In this document: piece after piece, positions 9,751-20,003 of the stretch
Numbering within the stretch: the first letter of the stretch is position 1
Layout: every line of letters starts with the position of its first letter
NCBI GenBank assembly: GCA_965603115.1
Contig: CBFDBT010000001.1
Span: 1 to 47,392, forward strand
Length of the DNA stretch: 47,392 nucleotides
From: an uncultured Alphaproteobacteria bacterium
Lineage (GTDB): Bacteria; Pseudomonadota; Alphaproteobacteria; Sphingomonadales; Kordiimonadaceae
Direction of reading: 5' to 3'
Program-made: the position numbers and the translations under genes
Notes under the pieces: model-generated
Told to the model about the DNA's origin: nothing
What the model saw: only the letters and a program-made list of their open reading frames with translations
Database searches by the model: none

Positions 9751-11445
9751 TTATTCTTCATCCTGCGCGAGGGGCGTTTCTATCTTTACCCTCTTCCAGT
9801 GTTCCTTATCAAATTCATCTGTCTGCCCCCCAAGAATTTCAAAAAAAACTTCGCCCTCATGGGTATCTGCCTGCTCAACACCCTTTCCCATATATTGAAA
9901 AAATATTTTATTCAGGGACTTTACATCAGGGTCATAGCTGGCTGGTTCTCCTGGTATTTTAATAGCGAATAGGGTTGAAAAACCATCCTGTATATCCCTA
10001 GATGACACTGTGTGGCTTTCAGCGTAAACAGGCTCGTTTTCTGCTATTCTCGAACCATGATCACTATGTATAATAATGATAGAATTTTCAAATTTTCCAG
10101 CGTTTTTCATAGAAGTAAACAATTGTTGTAGTTTCAACTTGTTACACCGAACTTGTTTGAAATACGCGCGGTAAAAATCCGACCATTTGGTCTTAGAAAT
10201 CAGATAGGCCTCTTTGGTAGAAAATTCCGTGTGAACCGTAGGTCCCCCCCAAGTATAAATCGGCTCAACAAGCTGACATTGCGCATCCCAAGTATAGGGA
10301 CTGTGCGGAATTAATAAATGCGCAAAATACAGGTTTCCGCCGTTGGAAGTGGTTACATCTTGTGTGATCTTGTCGATGACTGAAGGAACAGACATTGCGC
10401 CGACACTAGCGAACAAGTCCAATAAAAGTGGTTTTTCCGGTGGCTCGCCATCTATTGAAGAGAGATAATACAGGCTAAAAAAGAGCTTGTTTACGATAGG
10501 CTGCCTGCGGGCAAAAGTGTACCATAATAATTTCACTCTTTTGCCAAAAGATAAATAGGCAATTACTTTTTCGTCCAGCGCGTCATGCTGATATATTAAA
10601 CAGTCTTTTTCTCGCACATATAAGGGGTCACAAAACCTCATAAAGTTAGACTGGTAAACATTAATATTATAGCCCTGCTCATGTAGGTTTTTAAAATAGG
10701 CATTAGACTTTATTTCAAATGAAATAGGATTTACATCATCTACTTTAGTTAAGTTTTCTCGTAAATTTTGTGGCGAATTGTTAAAGTTAAACATAGCAGA
10801 AATTGAATACATAGACCTAAGGTAGCTACTATGGGCTCCCCCAAAGGTTTGAAAATCATTCGCTCTAAAAAAATCCTTAAGATCTTGCGCTAACGCTTTA
10901 CCATCAGGTAGGTCTTGGGGGATACCTTCAATCCCTATATGTTCATCTAAGTATAAATGGACGATATTAGGCAAGGCTTCACTGTCGGCAAGAGCTATAG
11001 TATTCACCCTGCCCTCTAACGGGGGTAGCTGCTTTACAAGCGGCATCATCAGGGTCGACATATTCACAGATAAAAACATGACAAACAAAAGTAGGGTCAT
11101 ATTTTTTCGAAGAAGCCACAAAAAAATTAATACAATGAATACTGATAAAAGGGTTGCTGAACTATTAGCCGCCGCAGGGAGAAAGGGCAGAGATGAAAAA
11201 TCAAAAGTTATCGCAATAATGATGGTGTATAACAAACACCGCAATAAATATGATTCGACCGGTGCAAAAGCAAAAAGCAAGAAGGAGAGCAAAAGCAGCC
11301 CTAAAAGGATGGTGAGAGATTCACCCGCCAACAAAGGGTAATCTATGAATTCCAAAAAGTTGAGAAAAGGCGCGATGAGGATTAAAAAACAAACCCCGAC
11401 ATCAAGATAATTAATTTTATCCAATAGCCTGCGCATTAGCCGCAA
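9751..11445 (-). CDS. membrane-anchored alkaline-phosphatase-superfamily enzyme (sulfatase / LtaS / EptA-like transferase architecture)
   Basis: N-terminal ~150 aa with 4-5 hydrophobic helices. A soluble domain follows with NIVHLYLDEH, HLLIPHSPY and IIIIHSDHGSR, the metal-ligand blocks typical of the AP superfamily. Its start overlaps the stop of the upstream methyltransferase by 10 nt. Confidence 0.6.
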   Translation of the reverse strand: MRLMRRLLDKINYLDVGVCFLILIAPFLNFLEFIDYPLLAGESLTILLGLLLLSFLLFAFAPVESYLLRCLLYTIIIAITFDFSSLPFLPAAANSSATLLSVFIVLIFLWLLRKNMTLLLFVMFLSVNMSTLMMPLVKQLPPLEGRVNTIALADSEALPNIVHLYLDEHIGIEGIPQDLPDGKALAQDLKDFFRANDFQTFGGAHSSYLRSMYSISAMFNFNNSPQNLRENLTKVDDVNPISFEIKSNAYFKNLHEQGYNINVYQSNFMRFCDPLYVREKDCLIYQHDALDEKVIAYLSFGKRVKLLWYTFARRQPIVNKLFFSLYYLSSIDGEPPEKPLLLDLFASVGAMSVPSVIDKITQDVTTSNGGNLYFAHLLIPHSPYTWDAQCQLVEPIYTWGGPTVHTEFSTKEAYLISKTKWSDFYRAYFKQVRCNKLKLQQLFTSMKNAGKFENSIIIIHSDHGSRIAENEPVYAESHTVSSRDIQDGFSTLFAIKIPGEPASYDPDVKSLNKIFFQYMGKGVEQADTHEGEVFFEILGGQTDEFDKEHWKRVKIETPLAQDEE

Positions 11446-12837
11446 TCCCCCGCCTTTTTATACCATATAAGCATTCTGCCACTCTCGGTAACCTGTGCAG
11501 TCTTAAGTATTTCAGCCTTTTGGGAGATCATGGCCATAATGGTATCTTGCTCATAATCGGGGAATATGTCCTCGCGTAAAAGCAAAAGCTCTTGCACCAT
11601 AGGATCACATTTGGGAACAAATTCAACAATGCCCTGATCTGCAAAACCAAGGATCCAATCTACATATTGATCCATCGGTATATTTTTACTAATGATCATA
11701 TGGTGTGCGAATGCCAGGTTTATAAGCGCGTCCGCCGAAGATCGTTTTGCAATACCCATTCTTTCAGCCCCATTCCATCCCTGATCAGGGGACTGATTGG
11801 ATGCATCCATATAACAGGGTGTGAAATTTAAATTTTTCTGACACGCCCTGTCAAAGCCTTGATCGAGCGCCATATGGTCAAAATCAAACCCGATGACAGA
11901 AAGCGCGCCGCTGCTAAGGGCAACTTCAGCATAATGGCCCATATTGCAGCCAATATCCCACAACTGTCGAGGCTTCACTGTTGAAACAAATTCACTGACA
12001 AAGTCCTTCTTAACCCTTGCCTCATCAGAGCTATAGCTATTGTCTGTCTCATACTTGCCCCAAGTTGATTGCTGCTTATCTAGAGGAGTCAGTTTAGTAA
12101 TCCACTTTTGTAAAGTGATAAGCATGTTTTTATAGGACGCTTTTGGGAAAGTTCTTTTTTTAACCCCGCCTGCAACAGGTTTTTTATTTTTTTGGGCTGT
12201 GTTTTGCAGGGCAGCCTGCAATGTTACTTGTGTAAAAATATTCCAAGAGAATTTGTTTTTAAAAGGCATAATCTTTGCCAAGTCCTGCGTAGATATTCCC
12301 TCTTGGTTACCCCGATACCATCCATGGTGTGTAATGCCCAAAATACTCCGTAATAACAGAGGGTTTAAAAACTGCTCACAGAATTGGTTATGGCCATTCC
12401 AAAACTCACCGTCTCGGTATCGGCTAAAAGATAACTGGTTTGCAGCCTTTGAATTGAATATTATAAGCTGATGCATCTGAGAGCTTTACACCATACTCCA
12501 GTGCCTCAAGCTGAATTTCAAGATGCAAAAGGGCCGCGCTCTTTAAGGCCTGAAAAGACCATTCATACGGATAAGACAGGAAAGCAAGCTTGGGGTGCTC
12601 CAACAAATACTGCGCACCCAATTGTCCGCCAGCCAGTTCGCTCAGCGCAACCTCCTTGGCTTCAATAACCATTGCCTTGTTTGCCAAGGCATCATAAAGC
12701 CCAGAATCTCTTACAAACTCGTAGTCTTCCACTCCTGCAGGCATAACGGTGCGATAAACTTTATCTCCAGAAATATAAACGCTTCCCTTAGGGTCACGAA
12801 ATGAGCCTTTATCCTGAAAGTATGCGCTCTCCATCAA
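11436..12837 (-). pseudogene. class I SAM-dependent methyltransferase with a large N-terminal domain, split into two overlapping ORFs by a 1-nt frame change
   Basis: ORFs 12424..12837 (137 aa) and 11436..12476 overlap by 53 nt in frames offset by +1. The downstream part has SAM motif I LWDIGCNMGHYAEVAL followed by VIGFDFD. The junction on the minus strand is AUC UUU UAG C. Removing one T of the T4 run (plus-strand A run 12426-12429) gives a continuous 466-aa protein (...KPVIF-SRYRDGEFW...). Confidence 0.55.
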
Positions 12838-13079
12838 CCCTTCTCATCACTATCAGCATTGTCTTGGGAGGGTACATCTTTGGGTTTGGCGCCAAATAGA
12901 AATATTTTCAAATTTGTCCAATACAGTTTTATCACCACCAAAGCGCCCGCTATGCCGCCAATGATCATTTGCAACAGCATACTGCCCGTTGCAGGGTCTA
13001 GGTAAGCATAAGCAATGCCCGAAGGCATCACGCTAAACAGAAAAAGGCATAATAGAAGTGGTTTTAAATTCAATGTCAC
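12834..13079 (-). CDS. small membrane protein with a YLDPATGS motif
   Basis: 81 aa. Signal-like N-terminus (LLLCLFLFSVMPSGIAYA), then YLDPATGSMLLQMIIGGIAGALVVIKLYW (Gly-rich TM helix) and a charged tail. Its stop overlaps the methyltransferase start by 4 nt. Confidence 0.5.
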   Translation of the reverse strand: MTLNLKPLLLCLFLFSVMPSGIAYAYLDPATGSMLLQMIIGGIAGALVVIKLYWTNLKIFLFGAKPKDVPSQDNADSDEKG

Positions 13080-13257
13080 GTAATAGTCCTTCGCTTGGCT
13101 GTACTATACCTATCATCAAATAATTAGATACAAGTTGGCGTTTAAAACAAGAGCGGGTTTAACCTCATCTTTTAACTAATATTAAACAGCTTGCCCGTTA
13201 TGTTGCAAGCCTCGTTTTTGAGTGTCGATTAAACATAAAGCTTACCACAAAACTCAA

Positions 13258-13276
13258 CCCTGATGCTCATCAAGGG
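13258..13276 (-). terminator. possible terminator hairpin after allA
   Basis: Plus-strand CCCTGATG..CATCAAGGG forms an imperfect stem. On the minus strand it is followed by TTGAGTTTTGTGG. Confidence 0.35.
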
Positions 13277-13293
13277 TATCTTCTACTGATTTA

Positions 13294-13797
13294 TTATAGA
13301 ATAGGGTCAGCAATCACTTCACAGCCGCCATCTTTAAAACTATGCTCCACAAGATTATCGCCTTCACCCTTGCGATCTACAATCCAGAAATCCTGTGTTG
13401 GTGCACAAACAAGCAAGGGGTGATGCCAGACACCTGCACCATATTGCACACCCTGACCGCCAAGTGCGAGAAAAGCTTTGCAGGCCTCAGGAGTAGGAAC
13501 ACCCCCTTGGGCTACAACGATTAACCAAGGATGGTTTTGCATTGGCAGAAAGGCCTGCGATCCCAGTGGGTGCTTTTCAACCATAGTGATCTTTAAAGGG
13601 AAATCCCGTCGCTTGGCGCTAAAAATTGAGATCATTGCTACGCCCGCTTGCGTCGATACATCGGCTTCTGCTAAGTCATCATATCTGCGCGTTGTACCCT
13701 CGTTTATTAAAAAGCTTTTAGCCCTGTCCATTTCAATCACCTGACCAAAAGAGGCAAAATTTTGCTGCGTTAAAGGCTCGGGGATAAGCTTAATCAT
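13294..13797 (-). CDS. allA: ureidoglycolate lyase
   Basis: MIKLIPEPLTQQNFASFGQVIE... is the typical AllA N-terminus. I prefer the ATG at 13797 (8-nt overlap with the allantoicase stop, ~167 aa) over the track start at 13836. Confidence 0.8.
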   Translation of the reverse strand: MIKLIPEPLTQQNFASFGQVIEMDRAKSFLINEGTTRRYDDLAEADVSTQAGVAMISIFSAKRRDFPLKITMVEKHPLGSQAFLPMQNHPWLIVVAQGGVPTPEACKAFLALGGQGVQYGAGVWHHPLLVCAPTQDFWIVDRKGEGDNLVEHSFKDGGCEVIADPIL

Positions 13798-14788
13798 CAC
13801 GGTGTATCTTTCCCCACAAACGAAGGCGAGAGACACCGCCGTCAGGGTATATATTCATGCGAACAAATGTGATGGGGCCAATATCTTCAATAGTGGACAT
13901 ATCAAAAAAATGCTGGCTATCAGCGCTGAGCTTTTGCCGTGGTAACAGTTCCTGCCATGGTAGAGCATCAAGGTCAGGGTTTTCGGTATTTGCATAAGCT
14001 GCCTCCAGCGAAAAGCCATCGGGAAAGTTGCCTTTATAATGCGCCGTATCAAGCTCAACCTTTTCAATTGTACCACTATGCCCAAGCTTTATGACAATCC
14101 AGTCGTTCCCGGGTGTGCGACGGCGGCGAGTTTCCCAACCGTCTCCCATATTGGTGCCTCGCCCCTCGCTAAGCAAAGACCAGACAGAGCCATAATGTGC
14201 ATCATTATACGTGATGATACGCCCCGCGTTCTTGAGCGCGGATAGCTCAACAAGAGTCTCGCTATCTTTATTTTGCCAATCACAAAAAGGCGTGCCGTAA
14301 ACGCGCAAGCGCGCAATACCCCCATCTGGAAACATATTAAGACGTAGCCAATTATAAGCCACTTTATCAGCTACCTCTATCAGATGTTCGCTGTCGGGAT
14401 TAAGGGTGACCTTGGCCACAACCTCAGTCCATTGCGTGTCTTGGTTTGGAGCTTGCTCGCTGCTACAGGCTTCAATAGAGGCTGCCAAGGGCTGGTTGCC
14501 AGTAAAAAAACTGGTGTCAATGTTGATGGATTCGATCTGACCTGCACTCCACAATTTTATGATGGCATAGTCATGACCGTCACCGCGGCGGCGGCGTGAT
14601 TCCCAACCATCCATCCACTGACCATGATCATCAAAAGTACCCAGTTTGGATATGGGTGCAGCATCATCGATCAAGCGCTCTTTCGCGGCAAAAAAATCAT
14701 CCGTAGCATAAGTCACCTTGGCTCCAAATTTGGCAGAAGCTAGATTTACATATTTAACTGCAAGGTCGCTTGATGTGGTTTTAGTCAT
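13790..14788 (-). CDS. alc: allantoicase
   Basis: Two repeated allantoicase jelly-roll halves (ATDDFFAAKERLI...GWESRRRR... and ...GWETRRRR...RLRLWG). Confidence 0.9.
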   Translation of the reverse strand: MTKTTSSDLAVKYVNLASAKFGAKVTYATDDFFAAKERLIDDAAPISKLGTFDDHGQWMDGWESRRRRGDGHDYAIIKLWSAGQIESINIDTSFFTGNQPLAASIEACSSEQAPNQDTQWTEVVAKVTLNPDSEHLIEVADKVAYNWLRLNMFPDGGIARLRVYGTPFCDWQNKDSETLVELSALKNAGRIITYNDAHYGSVWSLLSEGRGTNMGDGWETRRRRTPGNDWIVIKLGHSGTIEKVELDTAHYKGNFPDGFSLEAAYANTENPDLDALPWQELLPRQKLSADSQHFFDMSTIEDIGPITFVRMNIYPDGGVSRLRLWGKIHRDD

Positions 14789-14800
14789 TAAATATATCCA

Positions 14801-15727
14801 TTAAAGCTGCGCAGGGTGATTTTCAAGCCAGTAGTTGGCTATATCTATGCGCCGCCCAAACCATACTTTATCGTGGGACAGGGCATAATCGACAAACCTC
14901 TTGAGCGCCTGAAAACGGGCAGGTCTGCCAATAATACGGGCATGCAAACCAATAGACAGCATTTTCGGCGCGGTCTTTCCTTCAAGGTAAAGCACATCAA
15001 AGGCATCTTTTAGGTAGGTGAAAAATTGATCACCCGTATTAAAGCCTTGCGCTGATGCAAACCGCATATCATTGGTATCAAGGGTATAGGGAACCACTAA
15101 ATGGGCTTTATCCATTACACGCGAATAAAAGGGCAAGTCGTCACTATAGTTATCCGCATCATAGATAAACCCGCCATTTTCAGCGACTAAATCACGAGTA
15201 TTTTCTGATGTTCGCCCTGTATACCAGCCTTTTGGCCGCTCTCCTGTAATCTCTTTATGAATTTCAATTGCTTTTTGCATATGTTCACGCTCAATATCTT
15301 TGGCAATATCTGCATAATCTATCCAGCGATATCCGTGACTACAAATTTCATGTCCGTCTTTAAGGGCTTGCTCTATAACAGCCGGATTTCGTTGCATCGC
15401 CTTTGCGACACCAAAAACTGTAATTGGGATTTCTCTCTCTCTAAAAAGCTCTAGTATACGCCAAACACCCGCGCGTGAACCATATTCATAAATCGATTCC
15501 ATCGACATATGGCGCTGGCCCATATAGGGGCGCGCTCCTATGATTTCTGACAGGAATGTTTCAGACGAATCATCGCCGTCTAAAATAGAGTTTTCCGCGC
15601 CTTCTTCATAATTCAACACAAATTGAAGGGCAACGCGGGCGCCATCCGGCCAAGCTGCATTTGGCTTATGTTGACCATAGCCAACCATATCCCTTGGATA
15701 GTTCCCGTTGTTTTGTGAATATGTCAT
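14801..15727 (-). CDS. puuE: allantoinase, PuuE type (polysaccharide-deacetylase fold)
   Basis: YPRDMVGYGQHKPNAAWPDGARVALQFVLNYEEGAENSILDGDDSSETFLSEI matches the PuuE signature, and the gene lies in a purine-catabolism context. Confidence 0.85.
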   Translation of the reverse strand: MTYSQNNGNYPRDMVGYGQHKPNAAWPDGARVALQFVLNYEEGAENSILDGDDSSETFLSEIIGARPYMGQRHMSMESIYEYGSRAGVWRILELFREREIPITVFGVAKAMQRNPAVIEQALKDGHEICSHGYRWIDYADIAKDIEREHMQKAIEIHKEITGERPKGWYTGRTSENTRDLVAENGGFIYDADNYSDDLPFYSRVMDKAHLVVPYTLDTNDMRFASAQGFNTGDQFFTYLKDAFDVLYLEGKTAPKMLSIGLHARIIGRPARFQALKRFVDYALSHDKVWFGRRIDIANYWLENHPAQL

Positions 15728-15838
15728 ATGCTTCCCTGCGTTGAGACTAGCCTCATACTCTATTATATTCCTTTTCAGAGCAAATATAATCTGCCACTAT
15801 AAGAATAGACTTGAACAACCATCAAGGGGAATAAGATA

Positions 15839-16198
15839 GTGGGTGCATTAACAACACATGTTCTCGATACTGCCACAGGGCTTCCCGCCGCTGGCATGAA
15901 AATTGAGCTATGGAGTCATAGCCAAGATGGGGATGTACTTATTAAAAGTGCAATAACCAACGCTGATGGCCGTCTTGATAAGCCAGCTCTAAGCGACGAT
16001 ACCTTTAAGGTTGGGCGTTATGAGTTACGCTTTTTCGCAGGGGACTATTTCACCCAAAATGCCATGACAAAAAATGATGCCGATCCGGCTTTTCTCGACA
16101 TAATTCCGATCTGTTTTGGTATTTCTGACCTTAACAGTCACTATCATGTTCCACTGCTTGTATCTCCCTTTAGCTATTCTACCTATAAAGGCAGTTAA
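15839..16198 (+). CDS. uraH: 5-hydroxyisourate hydrolase (transthyretin-like)
   Basis: [22 protein letters not shown]... and the C-terminal YSTYKGS tetrapeptide region. GTG start. Confidence 0.9.
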   Translation: MGALTTHVLDTATGLPAAGMKIELWSHSQDGDVLIKSAITNADGRLDKPALSDDTFKVGRYELRFFAGDYFTQNAMTKNDADPAFLDIIPICFGISDLNSHYHVPLLVSPFSYSTYKGS

Positions 16199-16203
16199 CA
16201 ATA

Positions 16204-17661
16204 ATGCGTGATGCTATCGAATTTATCCGCAACGGCAAAAAGGTTATCGTCAACAAGGTTGCCCCCAGCGATACCCTGCTTGATTACCTCCGCCTAGAAG
16301 AAGGCGCTTGCGGCACTAAGGAAGGGTGCGGAGAAGGAGATTGCGGAGCCTGCACGGTTGTGCTTGGCCGCCCAATAGATGGGGAAATGGAATATAGAGC
16401 CGTTAATAGCTGTATTTATTTCCTTGCCATGGTCGATGGCCAAGAACTGATAACTGTCGATGACCTAGCGCCTTCGGGTAACGCTCTGCACCCTGTGCAA
16501 CAAGCTATGGTCGACCATCATGCTTCGCAATGTGGTTTTTGCACACCCGGCTTTGTCATGGCGCTCTTTGCGCTTTATCACGCAGATAAAACCATAAACC
16601 GCGAAACAGTTACAGAACAGCTTGCCGGCAATCTTTGTCGTTGTACTGGGTACCGCCCCATCGTTGATGCCGCTCTTGAGGTTTGCGGAGATAAGGCTGA
16701 TGACCTCTATACAAAGAGAATGCATGAGACGGCAAAAACATTATCAAACCGTCCACTTGAGGATATGTTTATTGGCACTGACGAGCGGTTTTTTGCCGCA
16801 CCAAAGTCCATTAATGCACTCGCTGAATTATATCTAAAGCATAGCGACGCTACCATCGTGGCAGGGGCAACCGATGTGGGCTTGTGGGTCACAAAACGAT
16901 TATTAAATATAGCCAAAATTATCTACATCGGTGATGTGTCCGGCCTTGATGGCATTGATATCCAAAAGACGCAAACCACCATCGGCTCTAACGTTAGTTA
17001 TGACAAAGCCGAACAAGTCCTCGCTGCTATCAATGCTGATATCGCTGCCACTGTCCGACGCATCGGCTCTAAGCAGGTGCGGGCATCCGGCACAATAGGC
17101 GGCAATATAGCCAATGGCTCCCCTATCGGCGACATGCCACCCATGCTGATCGCTTTAAAGGCTAGCATCACTTTGCAAAAGGGTGCGAAAACCAGAGATT
17201 TACCACTTGAAGACTTTTTTATCTCATACGGTAAACAAGACATTGGCGAAGGCGAATTTGTCAAAGACATAACAATTCCCCACCTTGACAAAAATTCTGC
17301 GTTTAAATGCTACAAAATATCAAAACGCTTTGATCAAGACATCTCAGCCCTGTTGGGTGCTTTTCATTTTACGCTTGATGGCAAATGCATCACTTCGGCC
17401 CGCATCGCTTTTGGCGGCATGGCAGAAATACCAAAACGCGCTAGGGCTACCGAGCAGGCCCTTGTGGGGTTGGATATTTCTACCATTAAAGCAGGTGACC
17501 CGCTGCTTGATAGTCTTGACCAAGACTTCACCCCGCTCAGTGATATGCGCGCATCGGCTGCTTACCGCATGGATGCAGCAAAAGGGATACTCTTTAAGGC
17601 AATTATAGAATTAAATGATGATAAAAACACCCTTACGCGCCTTATAAGTGAGGACATGTAA
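16204..17661 (+). CDS. xdhA: xanthine dehydrogenase small subunit (2Fe-2S + FAD)
   Basis: Cys clusters [11 protein letters not shown] and CGFCTPG...CRCTGY, followed by an FAD-binding domain (GATDVGLW). Confidence 0.9.
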   Translation: MRDAIEFIRNGKKVIVNKVAPSDTLLDYLRLEEGACGTKEGCGEGDCGACTVVLGRPIDGEMEYRAVNSCIYFLAMVDGQELITVDDLAPSGNALHPVQQAMVDHHASQCGFCTPGFVMALFALYHADKTINRETVTEQLAGNLCRCTGYRPIVDAALEVCGDKADDLYTKRMHETAKTLSNRPLEDMFIGTDERFFAAPKSINALAELYLKHSDATIVAGATDVGLWVTKRLLNIAKIIYIGDVSGLDGIDIQKTQTTIGSNVSYDKAEQVLAAINADIAATVRRIGSKQVRASGTIGGNIANGSPIGDMPPMLIALKASITLQKGAKTRDLPLEDFFISYGKQDIGEGEFVKDITIPHLDKNSAFKCYKISKRFDQDISALLGAFHFTLDGKCITSARIAFGGMAEIPKRARATEQALVGLDISTIKAGDPLLDSLDQDFTPLSDMRASAAYRMDAAKGILFKAIIELNDDKNTLTRLISEDM

Positions 17662-17662
17662 A

Positions 17663-19999
17663 ATGGCCCACAGACGCACCCATACTTCAAAAGATACCCC
17701 TATTAAAAGCGGCCTATCCGTTGGCAAAAAACTAGCCCATGACAGTGCGCGCCAACATGTAAGGGGTGCAGCCCTTTACGTTGATGATATAGGCGAAATG
17801 GCAGGAACTCTTCATGTCGCACCCGGGTATAGTGATGCCACATGTGGAACCATCACATCTATAGACCTTGAAGCTGTGCGAAAAGCAAATGGTGTTGTCG
17901 CTGTTTTAACCGCGGATGACATTCCCAATATTAATGACTGTAGCCCAGCGATGGGAGATGATCCTATTTTAGCGCAGGGTCAAATAACCTTCCACGGGCA
18001 GGTTATTTTTGCCGTTGTAGCAAAAACACGCGATCAAGCCAGACGCGCGGCTAAGCTTGCTATCATCAATATTAAAGCCAGCACGCCCATTATCACAGCC
18101 AAAGAAGGGCGGGCGCATAATTCAGAGATTTTACCACCGTTTAATTTTAGTCGTGGTGACGCTGAGGCGGCGCTCTCAGCACCTGAACTAATGTTATCGG
18201 AAACTTTTAAAATCGGTGGTCAGGAACATTTCTACCTCGAAGGGCAGGTCGCTATGGCTGTGCCTAAAGACGAAGGTGAAATGATTGTTCATGTCTCCAC
18301 ACAGCACCCGTCAGAAGTACAGCATACTGTTGCTAAAATGTTGGGTGTGGCCGACGCTGCAATTGTCTGTGAGTGTCGCCGAATGGGCGGTGCCTTTGGC
18401 GGCAAAGAATCACAAGCTTCTCAGTGGGCCGCCCTCGCAGCCCTTGCAGCCCATATTACCAAGCAGCCTTGTAAAATCCGCCTCGACCGTGATGACGATA
18501 TGATCATGACGGGTAAGCGCCATGATTTTGACTGCTCATGGCAAACAGGCTTTGATGCCCAAGGGGTTATATCAGGTGTTAAAGTAAATTTTGATGCGCG
18601 CTGCGGCACATCGGCTGACCTCTCTATGGGTGTGAATGACAGGGCAATGTTTCACTGTGATAACGCATATTATTATGCCAACGTTGATATCACTTCAAAC
18701 CGCGTTAAAACCAACACCGTATCCAACACTGCTTTTCGTGGGTTTGGCGGCCCGCAGGGTGTAGTTTTTGCCGAACGAATGATTGAAGGCATAGCACGAA
18801 AAGTTGGCCGTGACGCCCTCGATATTCGCAAAGTCAACCTCTATAGCGACGGAAAAGATATCACCCCGTACGGCATGGTGATCAAAGACAATATTATTGC
18901 TGACCTCATTAATGAATTAGAAATATCCAGCGATTACCGCAAAAGACGCCAAGAAATAGACGCCTTCAATGCAAGCAACAGTGTCTTGAAAAAGGGTCTG
19001 GCACTCACACCGGTAAAGTTTGGGATCGCCTTTACCCTAAAACACCTAAATCAGGCCGGCGCACTCATCCATGTATACGGCGACGGGTCGGTGCAACTTA
19101 ATCACGGCGGCACAGAAATGGGACAAGGACTATACATAAAGGTCGCCCAGATCGTAGCTGATGAATTTGGTATAAGTTTAGACAGGGTTAAAATCACCGC
19201 GACCACAACCGATAAAGTCCCGAATACTGCGCCTACAGCGGCATCAAGCGGTACGGACCTTAACGGTATGGCAGCGCAAAAGGCCGCAAAAGCCATCAAG
19301 GCGCGCATGACAAACCTCGCTTGTGAACTGCATCAGGTAAATGAAAACGATGTCAGTTTTAAAGATAATATGGTTACTGTAGGTGATGTTGAAATGACAT
19401 TCACCGAACTTGCCAAACAATCTATACTCGCCCGCATATCACTATCTTCAACTGGGTTTTATGCAACGCCCAAAATTACATGGGACCGCGATAAAAAAAC
19501 AGGCCAACCCTTTCTGTATTTTTCATATGGCGCTGCCTGCTCAGAAGTTACAATCGACACTTTAACCGGCGAGATGAAGGTTGACCGCATTGATATTTTA
19601 CACGATGTGGGCACGTCCTTAAACCCAGCTATTGATATCGGCCAAATAGAGGGTGGTTTTGTTCAGGGTATGGGCTGGTTAACCACTGAAGAGCTTGTCT
19701 TCGATGCCAGCGGAAAACTAACAACCCACGCCCCTTCAACCTATAAAATACCCACAGCCTTTGATGTGCCCAAAGACTTTTACGTAACGCTTAGGCCATC
19801 AGATGGAAATCTAGAAAAAACCATCTATCGATCCAAAGCCATCGGTGAGCCACCTGTTATGCTGGCTGCTTCTGTATTTTGCGCAATATTTGATGCAGTG
19901 GCCAGTATCAAACAAGGGGCCATTCCAGAACTAGACGCCCCCGCAACACCCGAAGCCATACTCAGTGCTGTCAAAAGCCTATCCCTTCGAGAAAGCTAA
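17663..19999 (+). CDS. xdhB: xanthine dehydrogenase molybdopterin-binding subunit
   Basis: Molybdopterin hydroxylase blocks (GGQEHFYLEGQ, GGAFGGKE, FRGFGGPQG, GEPP). I chose the ATG at 17663, one nt after the xdhA stop; the track's GTG at 17648 overlaps xdhA. Confidence 0.9.
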   Translation: MAHRRTHTSKDTPIKSGLSVGKKLAHDSARQHVRGAALYVDDIGEMAGTLHVAPGYSDATCGTITSIDLEAVRKANGVVAVLTADDIPNINDCSPAMGDDPILAQGQITFHGQVIFAVVAKTRDQARRAAKLAIINIKASTPIITAKEGRAHNSEILPPFNFSRGDAEAALSAPELMLSETFKIGGQEHFYLEGQVAMAVPKDEGEMIVHVSTQHPSEVQHTVAKMLGVADAAIVCECRRMGGAFGGKESQASQWAALAALAAHITKQPCKIRLDRDDDMIMTGKRHDFDCSWQTGFDAQGVISGVKVNFDARCGTSADLSMGVNDRAMFHCDNAYYYANVDITSNRVKTNTVSNTAFRGFGGPQGVVFAERMIEGIARKVGRDALDIRKVNLYSDGKDITPYGMVIKDNIIADLINELEISSDYRKRRQEIDAFNASNSVLKKGLALTPVKFGIAFTLKHLNQAGALIHVYGDGSVQLNHGGTEMGQGLYIKVAQIVADEFGISLDRVKITATTTDKVPNTAPTAASSGTDLNGMAAQKAAKAIKARMTNLACELHQVNENDVSFKDNMVTVGDVEMTFTELAKQSILARISLSSTGFYATPKITWDRDKKTGQPFLYFSYGAACSEVTIDTLTGEMKVDRIDILHDVGTSLNPAIDIGQIEGGFVQGMGWLTTEELVFDASGKLTTHAPSTYKIPTAFDVPKDFYVTLRPSDGNLEKTIYRSKAIGEPPVMLAASVFCAIFDAVASIKQGAIPELDAPATPEAILSAVKSLSLRES

Positions 20000-20003
20000 T
20001 CTC

